Below, in pieces: positions 45,817 to 54,582 of a stretch of 64,000 bases of DNA. The stretch spans positions 416,001 to 480,000 of the forward strand of contig CAWKDC010000001.1 of assembly GCA_963848305.1 (NCBI GenBank). Reading direction: 5' to 3'. This stretch comes from an uncultured Gammaproteobacteria bacterium. Its GTDB lineage: Bacteria; Pseudomonadota; Gammaproteobacteria; JABCZS01. Each line of letters starts with the position of its first letter. Positions within the stretch are counted from its first letter, which is position 1. The position numbers and the translations under genes are program-made. Below the pieces are notes generated by a model. The model searched no databases. It was given only the letters and a program-made list of their open reading frames with translations, and was not told where the DNA came from.

Positions 45817-46742
45817 AAAAAATGTTGACGTTCGTGAAGAGTACATTTTCGCCGCTCTGCTTTTGGGCCTGTGAGTGACTGTGGCGATGTTTTTCCCTCT
45901 AGTTCATCCAGCGCTTTCCGATACCCTTCTTCATAGTAGGCTGCAACTTTGTAGCTTAATTCAACGATGTCGTAACCCTTTTTTAGCCTGATATATGTTT
46001 TTGAACGCTCCCGATCCTTGATTCGTCCATAAACTCTTTTGAGCCTTGAAAAAAAATCACCAAATTTTAATGTAGGCCTGGCGATTAAATCTTTCATTAA
46101 TTTATTGGTCTGTCGAAAAAATCCTTTGATCCTTGAAAAAAAATCCCCATATTTTAACGCCCGCCTGAGGATTAAAGATTTCATTAATTTTAGTGTACTC
46201 TCCGCTGAGGAAACGGATTGACCTCTATTGATATTCTTCAGCAACGAGTGACTGCTGACGGCCAGCTTATGCAGCGTTTTACTTTTGACCCATTGGCGAG
46301 GGATAAGCCAAGATGTGAATCGATGTGTTTTATTGTATTCCGCTGAAAATCTCTCTGTCACATCTTTAAGAGGGTTGATTATTGTTTCACCCATGACTTT
46401 GCGGTGGTTAGCGAGTTCTGTTTGACGATCAAAAATACGCTGTTGTAATCCTACAATAGCGGGATCGTCACAGACTTTAATGAGATGTTTTATCTCTATA
46501 ATATCGCGATCTTCACAATCCTCACTGACTTGATGGCTTGCAAGAATGGCGTACATGCCCTCCTCTGTCAAGTGCAGTGCCTGCAATCTCTTTTGGCGTA
46601 GTTCATTGTCCGGCATTCTAGCAGTGTATGACAAATTTTCGATGACTTTTTCATAGGATTTAATCTGCACCTCAGGGTTATTAACCACTGCATCCAATAA
46701 TTTTATATGTTCACGTAATACGGCCTTATGATCACTCATCAT
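45813..46742 (-). CDS. Basic orphan protein with a 29-aa internal duplication
   Basis: KLMKSLILRRALKYGDFFSRIK / KLMKDLIARPTLKFGDFFSRLK. Confidence 0.65.
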   Translation of the reverse strand: MMSDHKAVLREHIKLLDAVVNNPEVQIKSYEKVIENLSYTARMPDNELRQKRLQALHLTEEGMYAILASHQVSEDCEDRDIIEIKHLIKVCDDPAIVGLQQRIFDRQTELANHRKVMGETIINPLKDVTERFSAEYNKTHRFTSWLIPRQWVKSKTLHKLAVSSHSLLKNINRGQSVSSAESTLKLMKSLILRRALKYGDFFSRIKGFFRQTNKLMKDLIARPTLKFGDFFSRLKRVYGRIKDRERSKTYIRLKKGYDIVELSYKVAAYYEEGYRKALDELEGKTSPQSLTGPKAERRKCTLHERQHFF

Positions 46743-46977
46743 GTGCCTCCTTCACTACTACCACAAGTGAGCAGTATACTTCGCTTCTGATCATTAAGTC
46801 AATATTATGACGGCGTGAAATTTTAATAAATAATTGATATATAGATATTTTTTATCATGGCAATCAAGTACGCAGGCTGCGACATCACATCTCAAAGAAG
46901 CATATTGAAAAGAATAGTAATGATCAGCTAAAGATGTAAACCCTTGCAGCCTGCGCAATCGGCTTGCTTCGTGAGCG

Positions 46978-48090
46978 CTATTTCAAAGAATTGCGCACGA
47001 GGGTAGCCGGCTCTTCGGCTGTCGGGTGAGCCCGCTGTTCAAGGTGTTGTTTAAGGATGTTAAGCGCTGATGTTTTTGCTCGACATAGTTTTTCAAGGCC
47101 GACCGCACCGACAAGGCGTGGCCCTGGCGCGCCCCACACCGCCGCCCCGGCATAAATCGCAAAATCAAAACCCAAACCCGTCGTGGGCGGAGAAGAAATT
47201 GGAGGGAAATAGGAAATATCAGAAGATGATTGATAATTGTATAAAGTGAGAGAACGGGTGGGTGGCTGGTTTTGTTCCATACGATCGTAAAGACCCTGGA
47301 AGAATGCCTGGGCATCAACGGCCGGAACCAAACGCTCTAAATAACCAATCACTTGACACCAAAAGAGGGAGAGTTGATTGTCATTCCAGGGATCCCAGTT
47401 TTGACTGTAGACGTCAAAGGCTTCAATCAAATAATTGAGATTAAAGTGATGACCTTCGGTGACTTCTTTGGGAAGAAAATAGTGTCTGAATTCATTTAAA
47501 ACCGCTTGGGTTTCGGGGCTTGTTGGGTCATTTGTGAGGGCATTGACTATCTTATCCATCAATGCGGTAAATTCAGCTTCGACCTGTGGGTACTCAAAAC
47601 CACTGGGGAATTGCTCTTGCATTTGTCTTTGTGCGCGCTGTATTCCTGTTTCGATAGTCTCGCCGTTTTCATTCTTATAAATAACTTGATGGGCATGCTT
47701 GAGCATGTCATTGTAAATCTCACTGTCTCCAGTTCCTAAGGCGGCTTTAAAGGCAGAGCTTTTAACCCTTCTTGGCACCACTCGGTCTTCATCTATACCC
47801 GATGCCCATTCAACTCCGCTTGTTTCAATAAACATGACTTTGGGATTGGCAGCAATCATCGCTTTTGCTTTTTTGACATTCTCTTCGGTGGGCTTTAAAA
47901 CATAGTCCATGAGCTGCTTTGCAGCGCGTTCATCAAGGCCTGGCTGAATCCAAGCGCGAGTTTCACGGTTCATAATCAAGGTCGCTGCCGTGGCGGGTGT
48001 TGAATACATCGCAATTCTGGCAATCAACTCAGGGGGTAAGGCCGGTAAAGCTTGTTCTGCAGATGCCTCAGGTTCCTTTGATTTAAACAT
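46978..48090 (-). CDS. F-box-like protein, candidate effector
   Basis: Start MFKSKEP with GAGG RBS; LPALPPELIARIAMY resembles an F-box start. Confidence 0.65.
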   Translation of the reverse strand: MFKSKEPEASAEQALPALPPELIARIAMYSTPATAATLIMNRETRAWIQPGLDERAAKQLMDYVLKPTEENVKKAKAMIAANPKVMFIETSGVEWASGIDEDRVVPRRVKSSAFKAALGTGDSEIYNDMLKHAHQVIYKNENGETIETGIQRAQRQMQEQFPSGFEYPQVEAEFTALMDKIVNALTNDPTSPETQAVLNEFRHYFLPKEVTEGHHFNLNYLIEAFDVYSQNWDPWNDNQLSLFWCQVIGYLERLVPAVDAQAFFQGLYDRMEQNQPPTRSLTLYNYQSSSDISYFPPISSPPTTGLGFDFAIYAGAAVWGAPGPRLVGAVGLEKLCRAKTSALNILKQHLEQRAHPTAEEPATLVRNSLK

Positions 48091-48194
48091 GGAATACCTC
48101 AACGATGAAAATAAGTTAGAAAGAAGAATACTGTAAAGACAATATAAAGTCAAATACTTAAGGCCATTAGGAGAATAAAACCAGGTTAAAATAG
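48021..48194. repeat. 174-bp direct repeat, copy 1 (promoter + first 23 codons)
   Basis: 161/174 identical to 49505-49678 by manual alignment, no gaps. Confidence 0.95.
48125..48153 (-). promoter_or_regulatory. Sigma70 promoter of the F-box-like gene
   Basis: TTGACT-N17-TATTCT. Confidence 0.7.
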
Positions 48195-48272
48195 CAGAGG
48201 GTCAGACGCGTCAGCGCCGCAACCCTGGGTAATGATAGTAATAATATGGCTAGATTACCCTTGGCACACTGG

Positions 48273-49574
48273 TCAATTATTTTTGAAGGTTCGCAATTTA
48301 ATACAGGGTAAGAGTGGCGCCTCATGAAGCAAGCTATGTAAATTTGATAGCGACGACTTAACGTCTGGATAACAAACCAGTTTATCAATAAGTCCCGACC
48401 ATGGTTGTGGCGCTTTGCCACCTTCTCTGTAACGATGGATTGCATTTTCACCAACGCTCTCCCGAATCATTTGAAAGGCCAAATTTTCCAGGTATACTTT
48501 CCCATATTCATCAATTTGATTTTCATCAAAGATCTGATCAATGGTTTTTTGAAAACGAATCAATGCCCATAAGATGGGGATAGCTTGATGTCTATCATCA
48601 ATATAAATGTTTACAATTTCTTTTGCATCATCGATGTTAAAAAAGCTAAATTCAACAGCCACTTCATCATAATATTGATCATTTACCAAGCAGGAAGCCC
48701 GCTTTTTATTTCCATAGCAATGCGCCCCCATACTTTTTAATAAATTCAATGTATCTTGATCGTGAGTGTATAGTTCTATTTTTTTGCACTGTTTTGATGA
48801 CTGGATTAACTGATGGCGCAAATGGGCAATGGCAGAGTCATCATAACCTGAATCCAAATTAATGCTCCAAAATATAATATGTGAAAATCTCAGCGTTCCA
48901 TGGGTACCTGAAATGTTCAAATGATTTGATTTCGAACAAACATCTGATTTTAACTTAGGCATGACGGGCAAAAATGGTTGGACAGATGATATAGATGACT
49001 CTAAAATATTTTCATCAAGAATGTATTCCATATAGCGAGCACCCATTCTCCATTTGTTTCGATATTCTTCTGGCCCGGTTTCTCTGCGGGGTCGATCTGC
49101 AAATTCAACAGTTGGAGTAAATCCCATTTTTTTTGCTAGCTGAAAAGCGGGATCATTATCAGTTGTTATCCCCATTTCAATGCGTTTAATCATCGGCCTT
49201 TTTCTTACTTCCTCCATAAATAATTTATAAAAAAGTCTACCCAAATTTCTGCCAAGACAGTCTTGATGAACAGCGAAAGAGCCAAATTCGACAGTGTGTT
49301 GATATTTTCCTTGCTTTGTAACAATTCTGCGGACAGCAACAATTTTTTGGTCTTCTTTTAATACATATACTTCACTGGTATTAAAAATTTGTTTGAAATC
49401 TTCCTCGTGCGTAGTTTTTTCAAACGCTAAAAAAGGCAAAACATGTTCTTGCTTCCAAATATCACAAATGGCATCAAAGTCTGATGTAGTGGCTTTATAG
49501 AGGACAATCAACTCAGGGGGTAAAGCCGGTAAAGCTTGCTCTGTAGATGCTTCAGGCTCCTTTGATTTAAACAT
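48273..49574 (-). CDS. GNAT family acetyltransferase with borrowed N-terminus
   Basis: FAVHQDCLGRNLG acetyl-CoA motif, DNDPAFQLAKKMGF; first 23 aa shared with the F-box-like gene. Confidence 0.82.
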   Translation of the reverse strand: MFKSKEPEASTEQALPALPPELIVLYKATTSDFDAICDIWKQEHVLPFLAFEKTTHEEDFKQIFNTSEVYVLKEDQKIVAVRRIVTKQGKYQHTVEFGSFAVHQDCLGRNLGRLFYKLFMEEVRKRPMIKRIEMGITTDNDPAFQLAKKMGFTPTVEFADRPRRETGPEEYRNKWRMGARYMEYILDENILESSISSVQPFLPVMPKLKSDVCSKSNHLNISGTHGTLRFSHIIFWSINLDSGYDDSAIAHLRHQLIQSSKQCKKIELYTHDQDTLNLLKSMGAHCYGNKKRASCLVNDQYYDEVAVEFSFFNIDDAKEIVNIYIDDRHQAIPILWALIRFQKTIDQIFDENQIDEYGKVYLENLAFQMIRESVGENAIHRYREGGKAPQPWSGLIDKLVCYPDVKSSLSNLHSLLHEAPLLPCIKLRTFKNN

Positions 49575-49678
49575 GGAATACCTCAACGAAGAACATAAGT
49601 TAGAAAGAAGTATACCGTAGAGACACTATAAAGTCAAATACTCAAGGCCATTAGGAAAATAAAACCAGGTTAAAATAG
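49505..49678. repeat. 174-bp direct repeat, copy 2
   Basis: Partner of 48021-48194. Confidence 0.95.
49609..49637 (-). promoter_or_regulatory. Sigma70 promoter of the GNAT gene
   Basis: TTGACT-N17-TATACT. Confidence 0.75.
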
Positions 49679-49723
49679 AGGTTTTATGTTTGAAATCAGG
49701 TGGTTGCCTCGAGAATGTCAACA

Positions 49724-49940
49724 GGCCAAGCTGCGACTGAGCAGCAGCCACTATTATTATCCAGACCAGCGCAAGTAGCTTTGCAGCCTCAACAATCACT
49801 GATAGTGTGCTAATTTGTCAAGCATGATGTCGACGTATAGAAGACACAAGAATGAAACCACTCCACTTGCAGCACAGTATCCCATTGTTTTGATTGGTGC
49901 CGGCGCGGGGAATCGAACCTCGGACCTACTGATTACGAAT
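49724..49940. repeat. Left att repeat: 46 bp of tRNA-Thr 3' half (49895-49940) plus 171 bp of flanking arm
   Basis: Matches 58762-58984 with 2 substitutions and one 6-bp indel. Confidence 0.95.
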
Positions 49941-50135
49941 TATAACAACTGATTTTATATACGTTTAAAATCTTTTATAATCATTTTGAATCTTTTATAT
50001 TTTCGATTAGATATCATATACATAAAATAAGTTTCTGATATAATCCCTGTGAATGTTTTGGAAACAATGTTAAATATACTGTCGACACATAGTCGACACA
50101 CGCTATCAGTCCCAATATACCGCAAGGAGCACAAT

Positions 50136-51368
50136 ATGAAGATTACCAAAAAAATTGTCGATGGCTTAATCCTTCCTCCCGTAGAAGCTGTCGGCAAAAC
50201 AGCACAAAAACGTTACTACGACGACTCACTAAAAGGATTTGGCATTCGTGTGACCTCTGGTGGATCTAAGTCATTTTTTATCGAAAAGCGCATAGGCGAT
50301 AAGCTACGACGTATCACCCTAGGTCGCTATGGCGAGCTAACGGTTGAGCAGGCTCGTAAAGAAGCTCAGAAACTCCTGGGTCAAATTGCCTCTGGTGTTG
50401 ATCCTATCGCACAAAAACAAGCTGCGAAGATGAGTGCAGTCACCTTAAACGATGCCTTCGGTGACTATATCCTGGCGCGCAAAGGCTTAAAGGATAAAAC
50501 TGCCTACGATTACAAACGGTGTATTGAAATTGCATTTGCCAAATGGAAAGACAAACCGCTTGCATCAATCACCAAAGATAGCGTCTCAAAACTGCATGAA
50601 ATGCTTGGCTCCGAACATGGTCATGCCTATGCCAACCTCTCCATGCGCCTACTGCGCGCAATTTTTAATTTTGCCATTGCAAAATATGAAGGCGAAGACG
50701 GTCGATCGCTCATACCCGAAAATCCCGTCAAACGATTATCGCAAACGCGAGCATGGTACCGTGTAGACAGACGACGCACATTCATCACGGTACATAAACT
50801 AACTGAATGGTATTCGGCAGTCACAGTCCTGTTAAATCCTGTACTTCGCGATTACTTGTTGTTCACTCTGTTTACTGGCCTTCGGCGACAAGAAGCAGCG
50901 AAACTGCAGTGGCATGACGTTGACCTTCAGGCAAAGACCTTTACGGTGTCTGATACAAAGAATAGGCACCCCCATACCCTACCCTTATCTGATTTTTTAT
51001 ACGAACTTCTTTGCAAGCGAAAGGAAGCGACAACAAAAGCCTACGTTTTCCCAGGATCAGGCAAAGGTGGCTACATCATTGAGCCACGCAAACAAATGGC
51101 AAAAGTGACGCAAGCAAGTGGTGTTGAGTTCACTGTTCATGATTTACGGCGCACATTTATTACCATTGCTGAAAGCATCGATATATCTGCATATGCCCTG
51201 AAGGGCTTGATGAATCATCACATGTCGGGCGATGTGACAGCGGGTTATATCATGACAGACGTCGAGCGATTGCGTAAGCCGATGCAACAGATCACCGATT
51301 ATCTTTTGAAAGCGATGCATTTGAAGGAAGATGCCGAGGTGGTTCCAATAAAATTGTCAAAAGCTTAA
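50136..51368 (+). CDS. Tyrosine recombinase/integrase with arm-binding domain
   Basis: D..LKGFGIRVT..GSKSF arm domain; TGLRRQE, DTKN, HDLRR, MNH, TAGY catalytic residues; AGGAG RBS. Confidence 0.95.
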   Translation: MKITKKIVDGLILPPVEAVGKTAQKRYYDDSLKGFGIRVTSGGSKSFFIEKRIGDKLRRITLGRYGELTVEQARKEAQKLLGQIASGVDPIAQKQAAKMSAVTLNDAFGDYILARKGLKDKTAYDYKRCIEIAFAKWKDKPLASITKDSVSKLHEMLGSEHGHAYANLSMRLLRAIFNFAIAKYEGEDGRSLIPENPVKRLSQTRAWYRVDRRRTFITVHKLTEWYSAVTVLLNPVLRDYLLFTLFTGLRRQEAAKLQWHDVDLQAKTFTVSDTKNRHPHTLPLSDFLYELLCKRKEATTKAYVFPGSGKGGYIIEPRKQMAKVTQASGVEFTVHDLRRTFITIAESIDISAYALKGLMNHHMSGDVTAGYIMTDVERLRKPMQQITDYLLKAMHLKEDAEVVPIKLSKA

Positions 51369-51398
51369 GTAATCATGCAGAAAAAATGATCATTGCTA

Positions 51399-51427
51399 TT
51401 GACATTTCAAAATAGGTAATTGATAAT
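51399..51427 (+). promoter_or_regulatory. Near-consensus sigma70 promoter upstream of the alpA-primase operon
   Basis: TTGACA-N17-GATAAT. Confidence 0.8.
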
Positions 51428-51433
51428 TCGAAT

Positions 51434-51713
51434 GCACCTCGTCAAAGGTTTCTATGACTGGCAACTGGGCCATTACCATCCAGGGTCTACCTACTCAAAG
51501 GGTTCTATGGGTGCGACAAGCGCATAATCTTGGACGCATTCTCCACTAGGGAGAGTTGTAGCGGAACAGTCTTCATCTGAAAATGTGAAGCAGATATCCC
51601 ACTGTGTAAATGGGAGACAAGATCGTCCTAGTAGATTAAGTCATAACGGGAAATATCGACGCCTTTAATGTCGATAAAATGGTTCTTGGTGCTTTTTTAT
51701 AAAGCGCCTGGAG
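51434..51713 (+). ncRNA. Candidate structured leader / non-coding RNA
   Basis: Three nested long-range helices plus seven local hairpins found by eye; no ORF of 60 aa or more in the track. Confidence 0.55.
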
Positions 51714-51745
51714 TGATTTACGTTTTGATTTAATAAGGACTGATC

Positions 51746-51985
51746 ATGACTGATCTTACCTATTCTTCATTGGCAATAAATTCTGCGCCAAAACTTCTCA
51801 CTGAGCATGAAGTTGCTCCAATTATCCGAAAATCCGTTCATTGGCTCCGGCGCGATCGTTGGAAAGGCGGACCGGATGCTATCCCCTATAGAAAACTAGG
51901 CTCATCTGTTAGATACGATCTGCAGAACGTTATCACCTGGATTAATTCGCATGGTCTACAAACCTCTACCAGTGAAGTGAGGTAA
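51746..51985 (+). CDS. AlpA/excisionase-like HTH protein
   Basis: LLTEHEVA..IRKSVHWLRRDRWKGG..IPYRKLG.SVRY. Confidence 0.85.
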   Translation: MTDLTYSSLAINSAPKLLTEHEVAPIIRKSVHWLRRDRWKGGPDAIPYRKLGSSVRYDLQNVITWINSHGLQTSTSEVR

Positions 51986-51988
51986 GCC

Positions 51989-52357
51989 ATGGAATACAAA
52001 AAATACACCGCAGGACGTGGTGAAAACGTCCATGCGGTCAACAATTATCCCCGCGCAAAGTATATAAGAAATGAGCTCGATCGTGACAAACGCCCTTCAC
52101 CGTTGAAAGTGCTATCAATGTTCGACATTAAGCCTGGAAAAGCAAATGCTGCGGGCTTCTGGAGAATAAAATGTCCGTTTCACAAGCAAGGCAAGGAAAA
52201 AAATCCAAGCTTTGATATGCACCAGGTCGACGGGTATTTCAAATGCCATGCCTGCGGAGCAAAGGGGGGTGATACGATCGCATTTTATATGCAAATGACT
52301 GATAGCACCTTTTCGGAAGCAATCAAAACGCTTGGTATCGTGAGAGGTGCAAAATGA
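51989..52357 (+). CDS. Stand-alone CHC2 zinc-finger (primase zinc-binding) protein
   Basis: CPFH..EKNPSF..FKCHACGAKGGD.I.F. Confidence 0.88.
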   Translation: MEYKKYTAGRGENVHAVNNYPRAKYIRNELDRDKRPSPLKVLSMFDIKPGKANAAGFWRIKCPFHKQGKEKNPSFDMHQVDGYFKCHACGAKGGDTIAFYMQMTDSTFSEAIKTLGIVRGAK

Positions 52358-54582
52358 GCACTTCAATCGTTATACAGGAAACAGCACAAGAAGCTGCACG
52401 TAGGCTTACAAAATATTGTCAGGATAATGGGTATAAACTCAACAATCTCTATGAATACAGGGATAGTGCAGGGATTACCGTATATTATCGTCTCAGATTA
52501 GATCATCCTACAAATCCCAAGAAAATATTCCCAATGCACTATCATCCTACAAAAGGCTATCAATTAAGCGAGCCAGGTGCATTTTCAGCTGGTCAAAAAC
52601 CGTTGTATGATTTGTTTTATCTTGTGCAACACCCTGATGCGATCGTATTTGTTGTAGAAGGAGAAGGGGTAGTAGATGCGCTGAATGCGTTCATTGCGTT
52701 ACAGGGGGCATCTTCAAAATATGTTGCAGTCACAAGCGGTGGAGCAACAAGCGCAAGTAGCGCAGATTGGTCCAATCTGGCGGGAAGGATAGTACGGATT
52801 TGGGGAGATAATGACGATCCTGGCAAAAGGTATGCAAATGTGGTTGTCGCCATTTTGTACGAACTACGTTGTAACGTATCAATCTTAGATATTTCAGGAT
52901 TAAACCTACCAGAGGAAGGTGATTGTGTTGATTGGTTGGCAGCTAATACCCAAGCAACAATTGATGATTTGCTTGGCATACCTGTGCTCAAACTTGAACA
53001 GCAGGAGCATGAGAACCTGCATTTAAAAGATGCTGAATGGACTATTCCGGGTTCAATATTAGCACCTCTACATCCTGTCCCGACTTTTGAGGCAGAAATA
53101 CTTTTGCCAAAACCATTATGTGAATGGGTGATGAGTGAAGCTGAGCGCATGTCTTGTCCACCTGATTTTATTGCAGTTGCTGCAATAGTTTCTTTAGGTT
53201 CAGTGATAGGTGCGCGATGTGGAGTGCGTCCTAAATCTCAGGATCCATGGATAGTCATACCCAATCTATGGGGTGCAATTGTTGCACCCCCATCTTCTAA
53301 GAAATCACCCGCGATTGCGAGAGCCTTTAAGCCCATTAACACACTTGCAGAGAAGGCAGTTCAACAATTCGATGAAGAAATGGAAGGGTATTCTGTTAAA
53401 AAAAAACAATACGAGGCGATGCGAAGAGCGCATGAAAAAGCAATTGATAAAGCTGCGAAAACCGCTTTAAATGACGGGGATCATGAATTGCAAACAGCCC
53501 TCATGAGATATCAACACTTTGAGCAAAATGCACTTAAAGAGCCGACACTTAGACGATATAAAACCAATGACAGCACAATTGAAAAAATTGGTGAACTGCT
53601 GCAAGAAAATCCAAATGGGTTGCTTGTCGAAAGGGATGAGATCGTTGGCCTGCTGTCTACTTGGGAAAAGCACGGGCATGAAGGTGATCGGGCATTTTAT
53701 CTTGAATCATGGAATGGCACATCAAGCTACAATACAGATAGAATTACTCGTGGCTCAATTTCAATACCAAACCTTTGTCTTTCTGTATTCGGCGGAATAC
53801 AGCCTGATAAGCTTATTGCATATCTCGAGCAGGCTGCTTATGCGTTATCAAACGATGGCATGTTACAAAGATTTCAGTGTATTGTTTACCCGGATCCCAC
53901 ACCATGGAAATGGTCTGATTCCAGGCCAAATGATCAGTTGCAAGAAATGGTAAACAAGAAATTTGAAACTCTATCTGAAATTGACTTTGGGACACTTGGC
54001 GCATCACCTGGTGATTGCCATTCAAAGCATGCCTTCTTTAGATTTGATAATGAAGCGCAGCAAATTTTTATAGATTGGACTTCCGAGATAAACAAAGTCA
54101 GAATACCTCAAGAACCACAACCCATTATTCAAGAACATTTGGCGAAATATGATAAGCTCTTTTCTGCCATTGCACTGATCCTGCATCTTGTTGACTGTGT
54201 TTCATCGGGACAAGGTGGCCCAATCACAGCAGAATCGGCATATCGCGCAGCTGCTTGGTGTGAGTATTTAGAAAAGCATGCCAGGCGATGCTATGGTCTT
54301 CTCATTGACGATGGATTACGCTCAGCTCAGGCTTTAGCAGAAAAAATACAGAACGGTAGGCTCTCAGAGGATTTTACAGCTCGAGATATAAGTCGTCATA
54401 ATTGGAGATATCTAACATCAGAAAATTCAGTTAAATCAGCTCTTGAATGGCTTGAAGAAGAGGGATGGGTACGTTCGACTGAAACAGGGGGAAGTGGCCC
54501 TGGTTCGGGACGACCAACAAGACGATACTCGATCAATCCTCACCTTAAAACAATTAAGCAGAGGAGCGATGAAAATGAGTGA
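52354..54582 (+). CDS. Toprim + DUF3987/YfjI-type primase-helicase
   Basis: KPLY, VVEGE, IWGDNDDPG, GDCVDW; PNLWGAIVAPPSSKKSPA, ERDE, GGIQP, DGMLQRF, GRPT. Confidence 0.85.
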   Translation: MSTSIVIQETAQEAARRLTKYCQDNGYKLNNLYEYRDSAGITVYYRLRLDHPTNPKKIFPMHYHPTKGYQLSEPGAFSAGQKPLYDLFYLVQHPDAIVFVVEGEGVVDALNAFIALQGASSKYVAVTSGGATSASSADWSNLAGRIVRIWGDNDDPGKRYANVVVAILYELRCNVSILDISGLNLPEEGDCVDWLAANTQATIDDLLGIPVLKLEQQEHENLHLKDAEWTIPGSILAPLHPVPTFEAEILLPKPLCEWVMSEAERMSCPPDFIAVAAIVSLGSVIGARCGVRPKSQDPWIVIPNLWGAIVAPPSSKKSPAIARAFKPINTLAEKAVQQFDEEMEGYSVKKKQYEAMRRAHEKAIDKAAKTALNDGDHELQTALMRYQHFEQNALKEPTLRRYKTNDSTIEKIGELLQENPNGLLVERDEIVGLLSTWEKHGHEGDRAFYLESWNGTSSYNTDRITRGSISIPNLCLSVFGGIQPDKLIAYLEQAAYALSNDGMLQRFQCIVYPDPTPWKWSDSRPNDQLQEMVNKKFETLSEIDFGTLGASPGDCHSKHAFFRFDNEAQQIFIDWTSEINKVRIPQEPQPIIQEHLAKYDKLFSAIALILHLVDCVSSGQGGPITAESAYRAAAWCEYLEKHARRCYGLLIDDGLRSAQALAEKIQNGRLSEDFTARDISRHNWRYLTSENSVKSALEWLEEEGWVRSTETGGSGPGSGRPTRRYSINPHLKTIKQRSDENE

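Noticed and set aside
49679-49723. Possible IS end (reverse complement starts TGTTGACA) at the truncation point of the left repeat
   Set aside because: No partner end, target duplication or transposase in the window; too little evidence to call.
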